Notes under the pieces: model-generated | Database searches by the model: none | Seen by the model: the letters and a program-made list of their open reading frames with translations, nothing else | What the model was told of the DNA's origin: nothing | Shown here: positions 48,346 to 57,715 of the stretch, one piece after another | Position numbering within the stretch: position 1 is the stretch's first letter | Layout of the letters: each line of letters starts with the position of its first letter | From: Spirochaetaceae bacterium UBA1318 | GTDB lineage: Bacteria > Spirochaetota > Spirochaetia > Treponematales > UBA1318 | NCBI GenBank assembly: GCA_002307015.1 | Contig: DBTK01000106.1 | Location: 1,647-65,646, forward strand | Reading direction: 5' to 3' | DNA: 64,000 nt | Made by a program: the position numbers and the translations under genes

Positions 48346-49202
48346 TGAACAATTCGAAATCGGTCTTCGCGGGAGCGAAAACGCGGCGCCTCGTATCGGG
48401 CATAACGGCCTACCTCGTCCTCGGCATCCTTGCCGTCGTCATGGTCTTTCCCTTCCTCTGGATGCTCCTTTCGAGCCTCAAGGACGCGACCCAGATCGCC
48501 TCCCTCGCCTTCCTGCCGACGAACCCGACCCTCGCCAATTACGCCATCATCTTCACCTCGAAGCATTCCCAGTTCGGGCGCTGGTTCATGAACAGCGCGG
48601 TCGCGGCGGTATGGACGACCGCCTCGGTCGCGTTCTTCGATTCGATCGTGGGCTACACCCTCGCCAAATTCAACTTTCCGGGAAAGCGGATCGTGTTCCT
48701 CGTCATCGTCTCGACGCTGATGATACCGACCGAAATGCTCGTGATCCCGTGGTACGCCATGTCGAGGGCCTTCAAATGGGTCAACAGCTACTGGGGGATC
48801 TCGTTCCCGGGTCTCGTCAGCGCCTTCGGGGTCTTCCTGATGCGCCAGTTCATGATGACCGTCCCCGACGACTTTATCGACGCGGCGCGGATCGACGGCA
48901 TGGGCGAGTTCAGGATCTTCGCGACGGTGATCCTGCCCCTGGTGACCTCGGCCCTGGCGACCCTCGCCATATTCAACTTCATCGGAAACTGGAACGCCTT
49001 TCTCTGGCCCCTCATCGTCTCCTCGAAGCCCGCGATGTTCACCCTGCCGGTTGGGCTCGCGAATTTCTCGAGCGAATCGGGCAGCGATTGGCAGCTCATC
49101 ATGACGGGGGCGACGGTGTCCATGGCCCCGCTCATCGCCGTCTTCCTCGCCTTCCAGAAGCAGATCATCAAGGGCATCGCGATGACGGGGCTCAAGGGGT
49201 AA
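48345..49202 (+). CDS. Carbohydrate ABC transporter permease
   Basis: FIDAARIDG, WNAFLWPL, ends GLKG. Confidence 0.9.
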   Translation: MNNSKSVFAGAKTRRLVSGITAYLVLGILAVVMVFPFLWMLLSSLKDATQIASLAFLPTNPTLANYAIIFTSKHSQFGRWFMNSAVAAVWTTASVAFFDSIVGYTLAKFNFPGKRIVFLVIVSTLMIPTEMLVIPWYAMSRAFKWVNSYWGISFPGLVSAFGVFLMRQFMMTVPDDFIDAARIDGMGEFRIFATVILPLVTSALATLAIFNFIGNWNAFLWPLIVSSKPAMFTLPVGLANFSSESGSDWQLIMTGATVSMAPLIAVFLAFQKQIIKGIAMTGLKG

Positions 49203-49204
49203 CC

Positions 49205-50167
49205 ATGCGCGTAATAGATTCTCACGTCCATTTCCCGGCGAAAAAATTCATCGACGACGGCAAGCGTGATCCGATCCCTCGGCCCGCGTCGGACAGGGAG
49301 ATGAGCCAGCCCTCGCCGAAGAGGAAGCCTGCGGCCGACGTCCAGCGGATCGCGGCCGAGACCTGGCTCGACGCCGAGCGTGCCTCGTGGAGGAGGGCGT
49401 GGCGTTTCCCCGACCCGGTCGAGGTCGACGAGGCCGAAGCGGAGCGGCTTTGGCTCGCCGAAACCGAGCGCTACGAGTATCTCGAGCGGGTCGTGTTCGT
49501 GACGACGGGCAGGAACGAGCTCGCGGTCGATCTTTCGAACCGGCATCCCGAGGTTTTCATCGGCTATGCCCACCACGATCCGACCCTTCCCGACGCGGCC
49601 GACCGGCTCGAAAAAGCCATAGCCGCGGGGCTCAAGGGATACAAGCTGCTCGCCCCCCGCGTCGAGGCTCCTATCGGTGACAGGACCTTCTATCCCCTCT
49701 GGGAGATCGCGCGGGACGCCGGTGTCCCTGTCCTCATCCATTTCGGGATCGAGGGCGGGGCGGGAGGCATCGCGAGCCACCAGAACATCAACCCGCTTTC
49801 GTTCCATGGCGTCGCGAAGGATTTCCCCGACCTGAGGATCATCATCCCGCACTTCGGCTGCGGCTACCTCTTCGAAACCCTGAACCTCTGCTGGGCCTGC
49901 CCCAACGTCTCGATCGACACGAGCGGCTCGAACCAGTGGATGCGGTGGATGCCCTACGAGGTGACCCTCGAGAGCCTATTCAGGAAATATCGGGAGACGA
50001 TAGGTCCCTCCCGCATCCTCTTCGGCAGCGACTCGAGCTGGTTTCCCCGCGGCTTCGCAACCGCCTACCTGGACGAGCAGGTCCGAGCGATGACCTACGT
50101 GGGATACTCGCCCGACGACCTCGACGCCGTCCTCTACCGAAACGCGGCGGCCATCCTCGGATTGTAA
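49205..50167 (+). CDS. Amidohydrolase_2 family metal-dependent hydrolase/decarboxylase
   Basis: IDSHVH, GLKGYKL, PVLIHFG, IIPHFG, ILFGSD, YRNAAAIL. Confidence 0.85.
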   Translation: MRVIDSHVHFPAKKFIDDGKRDPIPRPASDREMSQPSPKRKPAADVQRIAAETWLDAERASWRRAWRFPDPVEVDEAEAERLWLAETERYEYLERVVFVTTGRNELAVDLSNRHPEVFIGYAHHDPTLPDAADRLEKAIAAGLKGYKLLAPRVEAPIGDRTFYPLWEIARDAGVPVLIHFGIEGGAGGIASHQNINPLSFHGVAKDFPDLRIIIPHFGCGYLFETLNLCWACPNVSIDTSGSNQWMRWMPYEVTLESLFRKYRETIGPSRILFGSDSSWFPRGFATAYLDEQVRAMTYVGYSPDDLDAVLYRNAAAILGL

Positions 50168-50189
50168 TGGGCCGCCGAAAGGAATAATC

Positions 50190-51620
50190 ATGTTCACGAA
50201 AACCTACGTCGACCGCGTCCTCGACCCGAGCTTCGGCAACTGGAAAAGGCTCTTCGCCGAGGACTCGATCCGGGTCCACAAGGCCCACCTCGTCATGCTT
50301 CTCGAACGCGGCATCGTGAAAGGCGAGACCGCAATCGCGATCAAGCGCGGCATCGATTCGCTCGAACGCGAGTTCTCCCCGCCGGATCGCATCCCCGACG
50401 GGGTCGAGGACCTCTACTTCCTTTTCGAACGTGAGCTCGGAAGCCTCGTCGGCCCCGGCACCGCCGGATTCCTCCATACCGCGAGAAGCAGGAACGACAT
50501 GGACGCGACGATCTTCCGGATGGTCCTCAAGCGGCGCCTCCTCGCCCTCCTCGACGCCGTGCTCGCCCTCGAGCGGACCCTCGAGGCCCGTTCGAGCGAC
50601 CGGAGCCCCTTCCTGCTCTACACCCACGGGCAGCCGGCGAACGTCTCGACCCTCGGTCACTACCTCTCGGCCTTCCTCCTCGAGCTGCAGGAGGACGCGG
50701 GCCTGATGCTGGAGGCCTTCGCACGGGTGGACGAGTCCCCGATGGGCTCCTGCGCCATCACGACGACGGGCTTCGCGATAGACCGGGAGCGGGTATCGTC
50801 CCTCCTCGGATTCGCGAAGCCGATCGCAAACTCCTACCAGGCGATAGCGACCTCGCACTGGCTTTCCTTCCCGGCGGCGGCCGGTGCCCTCCTCGCCGAC
50901 GACGTGACCCGGCTCGCAGCCGACATCCTCCACAAGGCGAGCTGCGAGGTCGGGGTCGCGACCTTTCCGGACGAGCTCGTCCAGACCTCGAGCATCATGC
51001 CCCAGAAACGCAATCCCGTCGTTCTCGAGCATATCAGGATCCAGTCGGGGCTCGCCCGGGGACGGTTCGAATCCGTCCAGGGCCTCTTCCGAAACGCCCC
51101 CTACCAGGACGTGAACGAGCTCGCCGACGCCTCGGTCGTCGAACTCCTCGAAGCGATGGAATCCCAGGTCTCGGCCCTCTCCCTCCTCGAGGAAACCGTG
51201 AGGCTCGTGGGAGTCGACACGGCGAGGGTCGGCGAGATCGCCCTCGGGTTCGGCGCGACGACGACTGAGCTCGCCGACGCCATGGTACGGGATTTCGGCG
51301 TCAGTTTCCGCGAGGCCCACGGGGTCGTCCACGCCTTCGTCGCCTCGGGCTACCGGAAAGACACCCTTCGCGAGGCCTACGGCAAACTCGGCAAGGGCGC
51401 CCTCCCCTATCCGGACGAAAGGATCGACGAGGTTCTTTCGGTGGGACATTTCATCGAGGTAAGGACGGTTCCGGGAGGCCCGGCGGCCGAGGGAATGGCT
51501 TCGGTTCTCGCGACAGCCGCCGAGGGAATGCAAAGGCTCGCGACGGCCGTCGATTCGGCAAGGGCGCGGGAGGCGGCCTCCTTCGCGAAACTCCACGAGG
51601 CATGGTCCAGGATCTGCTGA
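50190..51620 (+). CDS. Argininosuccinate lyase-like protein (fumarase/aspartase superfamily)
   Basis: HTARSRND, YTHGQPA, TSSIMPQKRNP signature, SFREAHGVV. Confidence 0.85.
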   Translation: MFTKTYVDRVLDPSFGNWKRLFAEDSIRVHKAHLVMLLERGIVKGETAIAIKRGIDSLEREFSPPDRIPDGVEDLYFLFERELGSLVGPGTAGFLHTARSRNDMDATIFRMVLKRRLLALLDAVLALERTLEARSSDRSPFLLYTHGQPANVSTLGHYLSAFLLELQEDAGLMLEAFARVDESPMGSCAITTTGFAIDRERVSSLLGFAKPIANSYQAIATSHWLSFPAAAGALLADDVTRLAADILHKASCEVGVATFPDELVQTSSIMPQKRNPVVLEHIRIQSGLARGRFESVQGLFRNAPYQDVNELADASVVELLEAMESQVSALSLLEETVRLVGVDTARVGEIALGFGATTTELADAMVRDFGVSFREAHGVVHAFVASGYRKDTLREAYGKLGKGALPYPDERIDEVLSVGHFIEVRTVPGGPAAEGMASVLATAAEGMQRLATAVDSARAREAASFAKLHEAWSRIC

Positions 51621-51705
51621 TTCTCGGACTCTGATGAGCCTCGGACTCTCCTGATTCCCGCTTAGGCGGAACCTGACGTTCGGGCATCCTCATGATCGCC
51701 GGGCG

Positions 51706-53301
51706 TCAGGACTTCCCGGGCCTTCTCCAGGCGGTGAACTCGGCGGCGAGGCGTTTCGCCGTCGGCGTCGCGCAGCAGCCTCCCCGGGAGGTGCAGCGGA
51801 GCTCGGGGGAAAGGGAGCGTCCCACGGAGTCGGCCGCGTCCAGGGCCTCGTGGAAGGGAAGCACGGCGTCGGCGCCGGAAAGCGCGAGGTCGGAAAAGAC
51901 GATGGCGTTCGACACGGCCTGAATGATGCGCGAGATGCAGGGCTGCTCGAAGCCTCCCGGAATGGGGTCGCAGGGGAGGCCTATCGCCGCCTGCATCGCG
52001 AAGGAAGCCGCGTTCTCGACGGCGGCCGGACTTCCCCCCGCCATCTCGGTCACCCCGGCGGCGCCCATCGCCGAGCAGACCCCGCACTCCCCCGCGCACC
52101 CGATCACTTCTCCGGTCGGCTCGGTCCTCGTATAGGCGATCGCGCCGATCCCCGCGGCGACGAAGAGCCCCCTCATGAGGTCGTCCCGGCCGAAGCCGCG
52201 GGCCTCGCGTACGGCCGCGAGCGCGGAGTAGAGGTAGCCGCCGCCGGTACCCATGGGTCCCGGGACGATCTCGACCCCCCGCGGCTTGACGTTCACGGCC
52301 AGGGCGTAGCGGATGGCGGCCGCGATCGTGTCCCCCGCGAGCGGCTTCGAACGCCCGAGGTAGCCGGGCCAGAGGAGGTCGTCGCGGCGCCGGAACGGAT
52401 CCTCGGGAAGATCCACCGGCTCCTCGTACACGGCCCTCGTCTGCCGCCTCATCTTCCGCTCGACCATTTCCATGTAGCCGACCACGCGTTCGCGGCTCCA
52501 GCCCGAGGCGGCCATTTCGTACCGGATGGCGGTTTCGGCGAGGCTCTCGCCGTCGATCCCGGCGGCCCTGCGCCAGGAGATCATCGAGTCGAAGAGCTGG
52601 GGCTTCCGCGCGCCAGTCGTCAGGACGGGAAGCACGGCCCGAAGGACGGCGAGCCTGAGACCGGGGCTCAAGGGTTTCAGGGCCTCGAGATCGATGGGGG
52701 CCGACGGCTTGAAATACCGGAGGCTCGCCCCGTCGGGCCGGAGAACCTCACCCTCCTCGAAGATGTCGCCGAGTGCCGAACGCAGCCGGTCGACCGGGGC
52801 GTCACGGCCCGCTTCCCCGAAGGCGAGCAGGACCTCGGAATCCCCCTTGAAGCTCACGGGAAAGCCGTCGATCGACCTGACCTCGACCATGCCGCCGCCG
52901 ATCGAGTCGCCCACGAGGCGCACCGGGGCTCCCCCTCCCGCCGGGCCCGAGAGCCCGATCGCCACCGCGTTCGGATGTCCGCTTTCGGGCACGGGCTCGA
53001 GGGCGAACTCGACGCGGAGGCCGATTTCGTCCGCGATCTTCCGGGAGTCGAAGAGACGGGGATCGTCGGGGAGCATGCCGAGGACGCCGGCGAGAAGCCC
53101 GAGGTCCTCGTTCATGAGCCCGAAGGTCCCCGCGTAGGAACCGTCGGGCGGAAGGGAAAAGCGGACGGCCTCGAGGCTCCCGCCGATCAGGCTTCTCGCC
53201 AGAAAGCCCAGGCGGCAGGGACCGGCCTGATGGGAACTCGATCCCGGCTGCATGATCGGTCCGAAGACGTCGTTGTAGAAGTCGGGATAGAGCGGGACCA
53301 T
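51706..53301 (-). CDS. Fe-S L-serine dehydratase-like protein, fused beta-alpha
   Basis: FGPIMQPGSSSH, HPNAV, SIGGGMV, GCAGECG, GLPCDP..G...PC, PELRCTSRGG. Confidence 0.8.
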   Translation of the reverse strand: MVPLYPDFYNDVFGPIMQPGSSSHQAGPCRLGFLARSLIGGSLEAVRFSLPPDGSYAGTFGLMNEDLGLLAGVLGMLPDDPRLFDSRKIADEIGLRVEFALEPVPESGHPNAVAIGLSGPAGGGAPVRLVGDSIGGGMVEVRSIDGFPVSFKGDSEVLLAFGEAGRDAPVDRLRSALGDIFEEGEVLRPDGASLRYFKPSAPIDLEALKPLSPGLRLAVLRAVLPVLTTGARKPQLFDSMISWRRAAGIDGESLAETAIRYEMAASGWSRERVVGYMEMVERKMRRQTRAVYEEPVDLPEDPFRRRDDLLWPGYLGRSKPLAGDTIAAAIRYALAVNVKPRGVEIVPGPMGTGGGYLYSALAAVREARGFGRDDLMRGLFVAAGIGAIAYTRTEPTGEVIGCAGECGVCSAMGAAGVTEMAGGSPAAVENAASFAMQAAIGLPCDPIPGGFEQPCISRIIQAVSNAIVFSDLALSGADAVLPFHEALDAADSVGRSLSPELRCTSRGGCCATPTAKRLAAEFTAWRRPGKS

Positions 53302-53308
53302 CGCCCGA

Positions 53309-54253
53309 TCACTCGTCCTCGTACGGGGTCATCCCGCCCGGAATGGCGTTCAGGTCGAACGGGGTCAGCTGGTAGATGCAATAGTTCAGCCAGTTGGCGT
53401 AGAGGAGGTTCGCGTGGGACCGCCACTCGACCCGGGGTTCCCTGGCGGGATCGTCGCCGGGATAGTAGTTCCTCGGCACGTCGATCTCGAGGCCCTTTGC
53501 CACGTCGCGGTCGTACTCCTTTTTCAGGGTGAGGGAATCGTATTCGGGATGGCCGGTCACGAAGAACATCCGGCCGTTCATCGAGGACGAGAGGTAGATC
53601 CCGGCCTCGTCGGATTCGGCCAGTATCCTGATCCCGCGGACCTTCTCGATATCCTCCCGGCGGATTTCCGTGTGACGGGAGTGGGGGGCCATGAACACGT
53701 CGTCGAAACCCTTCAGTATCCTGTCGCGGGGCTCGAGGACGCGATGCTGGAAAACCCCGAACATCTTTTTCGAAAGCGGGTATTTCTTGATTCCGTAGTG
53801 ATGGTAGAGCCCGGCCTGGGCGCCCCAGCAGACGTGCATGGTCGAGAAGACGTTGTCCACGCTCCAGTCCATCATCGCGACGAGCTCGTCCCAGTAGTCG
53901 ACGTCCTCGAAGGGAATCTGCTCCACCGGGGCGCCGGTGATGATGAGGCCGTCGAACTTCTGGTGCTCGACCTTGTCGAAACTTGAATAGAAGGCCGCCA
54001 AGTGCTCAGGCGGGGTGTTCTTCGATTCGTGAGACCCCATGTTGATCAGGGTGATCTCGACCTGGAGGGGCGAGTTGGAAAGGAGACGGAGGAGCTGGGT
54101 CTCGGTGTCGATCTTGGTCGGCATGAGGTTCAGGATGGCGATGCGGAGGGGGCGGATGTCCTGGTCGTGGGCGCGAAGATCCGACATGACGAAAATATTC
54201 TCGTCCTCGAGGGTCTTCCGGGCGGGAAGGTGGTAGGGAATGGTAACGGGCAT
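53309..54253 (-). CDS. metA: Homoserine O-acetyltransferase (MetA fold)
   Basis: QDIRPL, LNLMP, ITGAPVE (Glu = acetyl specificity), [19 protein letters not shown]. Confidence 0.95.
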   Translation of the reverse strand: MPVTIPYHLPARKTLEDENIFVMSDLRAHDQDIRPLRIAILNLMPTKIDTETQLLRLLSNSPLQVEITLINMGSHESKNTPPEHLAAFYSSFDKVEHQKFDGLIITGAPVEQIPFEDVDYWDELVAMMDWSVDNVFSTMHVCWGAQAGLYHHYGIKKYPLSKKMFGVFQHRVLEPRDRILKGFDDVFMAPHSRHTEIRREDIEKVRGIRILAESDEAGIYLSSSMNGRMFFVTGHPEYDSLTLKKEYDRDVAKGLEIDVPRNYYPGDDPAREPRVEWRSHANLLYANWLNYCIYQLTPFDLNAIPGGMTPYEDE

Positions 54254-54326
54254 GGACTCTCCTGGAAACGCGTCCGGCGTGGATCCGTGACCTCAGCCAC
54301 GAACCCAGCCGCCGAACCGCGCGGAT

Positions 54327-55628
54327 TTAAGTCGCCGCGAAGCCGCGATCTATGTCCGCTATAATATCATCAATATCCTCGATACCGATAGAGAGCCGAA
54401 CCAAATCCTGGGTGAGGCCTGAAGCCTTCTGCTGTTCCTCGGAAAGCTGGGAGTGCGAGGTGCTCGCCGGGTGAAGGGCGAGCGACTTGACGTCGCCGAC
54501 GTTCGCGAGGTGGGAGAAGAGCTTGAGCGACTCGATGAACTTGATGCCCGCGGGAAGTCCGCCCTTGACGCCGAACACGACCATGCCGCCGAAGCCCTTC
54601 GTGAGGAGCTTCTTCGCGATCGGGTAGCTCGGGTCGTCGGGAAGGCCGGGATACCGGACCCAGGCGGCCTTGGGATGCTTTTTCAGGTAATGGGCGACGG
54701 CGAGGGCGTTTTCGCTGTGCTTGGCGATGCGGAGGGGCAGGGACTCGACGCCCTGGAGGAAGACCCAGGCGTCCTCGGGGGAAAGGCAGGCCCCGAGGTT
54801 CCGCAGGGGGACAGTCCGGAAGCGGAGGGCGAAGGCGATCTTCTTGAGCTCGGGCGACAGGTCGATCGCCCAGCGCAGGCCGTGGTAGTTCTTGTCCGGC
54901 TGGTTGAACAGCGTGAACTTCGGGTCGGACCAGTCGAACTTGCCGGAATCGGTGGCGATGCCGCCGATGGCCGCCCCGTGGCCTCCGATCCATTTCGTCA
55001 GCGAGTTGATGACGATGTCGGCGCCGTGATCGATCGTCTTGAGCAGGGCCGGCGTGGAAAAGGTCGCATCGACCACGAGGGGAAGGTGGTGCTTGTGCGC
55101 CACGGCCGCGATCGCGTCGATGTCAGCGACGTCGAGCACGGGATTGCCGATACTCTCGATATAGACGAGGCGGGTTTTCTCGTTGATGAGCTTCTCGAAG
55201 CTCTGGGGATCGCGGGCGTCGGCCCATCGGGTGGTGATGCCGAGGTCCGGCAGGATGGCGTCGAACATGGTATAGGTGCCGCCGTAGAGGTTCGAGGCCG
55301 ACACGATCTCGTCGCCGACGCGGGCTATGGTGATGATCGTGTTGAAGATGGCCGCCGTGCCGGAAGCCGTCGAGACCGAGGCGGCTCCACCCTCGAGGGC
55401 CGTGATCCTTTCCTCCAGAAAGCCGTTCGTCGGGTTTCCGAGACGGGAGTAGATGTTTCCGAACTCCTTGAGCGCGAAAAGATCCGCTCCGTGCTTGACG
55501 CTTTTGAAAACATAGGAGCTCGTCCGGTAAATGGGCGCCCCGCGAGAGAGCGTCGTAGGATCGGGCGACTGCCCGGCCTGTACCGACAGGGTCGAGAAAC
55601 CAGGTGCCTTGTTCTTTTCCGCCATCAT
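54327..55628 (-). CDS. metY: O-acetylhomoserine aminocarboxypropyltransferase
   Basis: GNIYSRLGNPT, LYGGT, SLTKWIGGHG (PLP Lys), HLANVGD, HPASTSH; AAGGAGG RBS. Confidence 0.93.
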   Translation of the reverse strand: MMAEKNKAPGFSTLSVQAGQSPDPTTLSRGAPIYRTSSYVFKSVKHGADLFALKEFGNIYSRLGNPTNGFLEERITALEGGAASVSTASGTAAIFNTIITIARVGDEIVSASNLYGGTYTMFDAILPDLGITTRWADARDPQSFEKLINEKTRLVYIESIGNPVLDVADIDAIAAVAHKHHLPLVVDATFSTPALLKTIDHGADIVINSLTKWIGGHGAAIGGIATDSGKFDWSDPKFTLFNQPDKNYHGLRWAIDLSPELKKIAFALRFRTVPLRNLGACLSPEDAWVFLQGVESLPLRIAKHSENALAVAHYLKKHPKAAWVRYPGLPDDPSYPIAKKLLTKGFGGMVVFGVKGGLPAGIKFIESLKLFSHLANVGDVKSLALHPASTSHSQLSEEQQKASGLTQDLVRLSIGIEDIDDIIADIDRGFAAT

Positions 55629-55667
55629 ATGCCTCCTTGAATACACTACCAATACGATAATAATAGT

Positions 55668-55696
55668 AGTTTATAGCGTCGGATTTTCCATGTCAA
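55668..55696 (-). promoter_or_regulatory. sigma70 promoter of the metY-metA-sda operon
   Basis: TTGACA-N17-TAAACT in an AT-rich gap. Confidence 0.6.
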
Positions 55697-55851
55697 GCGA
55701 TACTATCATATTTCTGCATAAATATTCGTATTCTTCGATGATTTTAGCCCGGTACTGCATAAAAATCACTATCGTGCCGGGTCCCATGGTCGCCCGATCC
55801 CCCGGCGTTGCCCATTCCGCGGTTTTTCTCTATAGTGGCAGCGGAGGAAAC

Positions 55852-56499
55852 ATGATTCACGGAGTGCTATTCGACGTCGACGGGGTCCTGCTCGATTCCG
55901 AGCCTTTCATCCGCGAGGCCGCGGTCGCGATGTTCGCCGAACGCGGCGTCAGCGTAAAGCCCGAGATTTTTCTGCAATTCACGGGAGCCGGGGAGGACCG
56001 TTTCATCGGGGGACCGGCCGAGATCTACGGCGTCCCCTACACCCTCGACATGAAGGACAGGACCTACGAGCTCTACGGCCAGATCGTCCGCGGCCGGCTC
56101 ACGCCCCTCCCCGGGGTGAGGGAGTTCATCGCCCGCTGCAGGGAGAAGGGACTCAAGCTCGCCGTGGCGACGAGCGCCGACCTCGTGAAGCTCCTCATCA
56201 ACCTGAAGGAGATCGGGCTCGAGGACAGGACCTTCGACACCCTCGTCAACGGCAACGATGTCGTGAGGAAAAAACCCTACCCCGACATCTACCTCAAGGC
56301 GGCCTCCCTCATCGGCGTCGACCCGAGGGAATGCCTCGTCGTCGAGGATGCCGTGTCGGGCATCAAGGCGGGGAAGGCGGCGGGGGCGAGATGCCTCGGC
56401 CTCACGACGAGCTTCGACGCGAAATCCCTCGAGGACGCGGGAGCCGAATGGATAGCGGCCGACCTTTCGAAGGCCCCGCCGGCCGTCACCGGGTGGTAA
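55852..56499 (+). CDS. HAD-superfamily phosphatase (beta-PGM-like)
   Basis: FDVDGVLLDSE, VATS, KPYPDIY, VVEDAVSG; GGAGG RBS. Confidence 0.9.
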   Translation: MIHGVLFDVDGVLLDSEPFIREAAVAMFAERGVSVKPEIFLQFTGAGEDRFIGGPAEIYGVPYTLDMKDRTYELYGQIVRGRLTPLPGVREFIARCREKGLKLAVATSADLVKLLINLKEIGLEDRTFDTLVNGNDVVRKKPYPDIYLKAASLIGVDPRECLVVEDAVSGIKAGKAAGARCLGLTTSFDAKSLEDAGAEWIAADLSKAPPAVTGW

Positions 56500-56524
56500 G
56501 CCCCCGACCGGGCAGGCACAGCCG

Positions 56525-57349
56525 ATGAGAACCTTTTTCATCAAGAACGTCGTCAGGGAATCGGCTCTCGTCACGACGGTCCGCTTCGGCCCCGACCTCG
56601 CCCGGGACCCGCATGCGCCGGACTTCCCCTACGAGCCGGGGCAGTGGCTTTCGGTCAGATTCCCGGCCTCGGGAATCCCGGGAACCGTCCGGCGCTTCCC
56701 GCTTTCTTCCTCGCCGGACGAGAGCGACCTGGCGATCACGGTGAAGGCGGTCGACGAGTATACCAACTCGATCGACCTCGTCAGACCGGGCCAGCCGATC
56801 GAGGTCGGCCGCCCCCGCGGGCGTTTCGTCCTGCCCCCCGAGGGCGACCTCGTGCTCGTCGCGGGGGGGATAGGAATCGCGCCCTTCCTCTCGATGCTGG
56901 GCTCGATCGCCTCCTCGGGCACCGACCGCCGGGTTCTCCTCCTCTGGGGCGCGAGGACCCGAGACGACCTCGTGGCCCGGGATCGCATCCGAGCCTTCGA
57001 GGAATCCATGCCGAATTTCCGCCTGGTTCCCTCCCTCACCCACGACCCCCTCTGGACGGGAGAACGGGGACGGCTCGATCGGGAAAAGCTCGAGCGGATC
57101 GTTTCAGGCTTCTTCGCGGAGCAGACGAAAAGGCGGAAGGTCCCGGCGGGATTCGAGGAGGGGCCTCTGGCCGTTGAACGGGGAATCGGGGAATCCGGCT
57201 GGAATTCCCGGTTCTACCTCGTTTCGGCCCCTGCCGGGATGAGGCGTTCCATCGTCCGATGCCTCAAGCGCCTGGGCGTGAAGGGCCGGATGATACGGTC
57301 GGGGACCCACGAGGTCCTCGGGACTTTCCTCGGCATCCTGCCTACCTGA
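56525..57349 (+). CDS. FAD/NAD(P)-binding ferredoxin-reductase-like protein
   Basis: PGQW, RRFPLSSSP, LVAGGIGIAPF, LLWGAR, GERGRLD. Confidence 0.75.
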   Translation: MRTFFIKNVVRESALVTTVRFGPDLARDPHAPDFPYEPGQWLSVRFPASGIPGTVRRFPLSSSPDESDLAITVKAVDEYTNSIDLVRPGQPIEVGRPRGRFVLPPEGDLVLVAGGIGIAPFLSMLGSIASSGTDRRVLLLWGARTRDDLVARDRIRAFEESMPNFRLVPSLTHDPLWTGERGRLDREKLERIVSGFFAEQTKRRKVPAGFEEGPLAVERGIGESGWNSRFYLVSAPAGMRRSIVRCLKRLGVKGRMIRSGTHEVLGTFLGILPT

Positions 57350-57465
57350 ACGGCCCGGCCCCCGAATCGGCGGACGATTTGAATCGTCCGTGCCCTTTCC
57401 CGAGTAGCCCTGCTGATCGGCCCCGTCCGATTGATCAAGGCTCGCGCTACGGAAAGGAGAACAAA

Positions 57466-57630
57466 ATGATAAAGATCACGATGATCCTTCTCGCTCTCAG
57501 CGTCGGATTTTCCCAGACCATCTATCTCGTTTCGGAGGCCAAACAGGCCTCGAGCTCGACGATCCAGAATTCGAGATTCAAGATTTCCCCGATAGAACAG
57601 GGCCGGCTGCAGCCCGTCCGCCCACGATGA
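57466..57630 (+). CDS. Small 54-aa protein with N-terminal hydrophobic helix
   Basis: AAGGAG RBS 7 nt upstream; MIKITMILLALSVGFSQTIYLV... Confidence 0.5.
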   Translation: MIKITMILLALSVGFSQTIYLVSEAKQASSSTIQNSRFKISPIEQGRLQPVRPR

Positions 57631-57715
57631 AACAGGAACCCATGCCAATGCGATAGGAATTACAGGGATCGGACGGGATGATCCTGGCCCTCTTCGCCCG
57701 AGGGCGAAGAGGGCC

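Noticed and set aside
41956-49202. Both ABC clusters lack an ATPase gene
   Set aside because: Common for CUT1 systems, which share an MsmX/MalK-type ATPase encoded elsewhere
51617-51660. Short direct repeats CTCGGACTCT and CTGATTC between converging genes
   Set aside because: Two copies of 10 bp or less; no supportable function
55629-55851. SAM (S-box) riboswitch or T-box upstream of metY
   Set aside because: No recognisable consensus; promoter lies about 40 nt from the start
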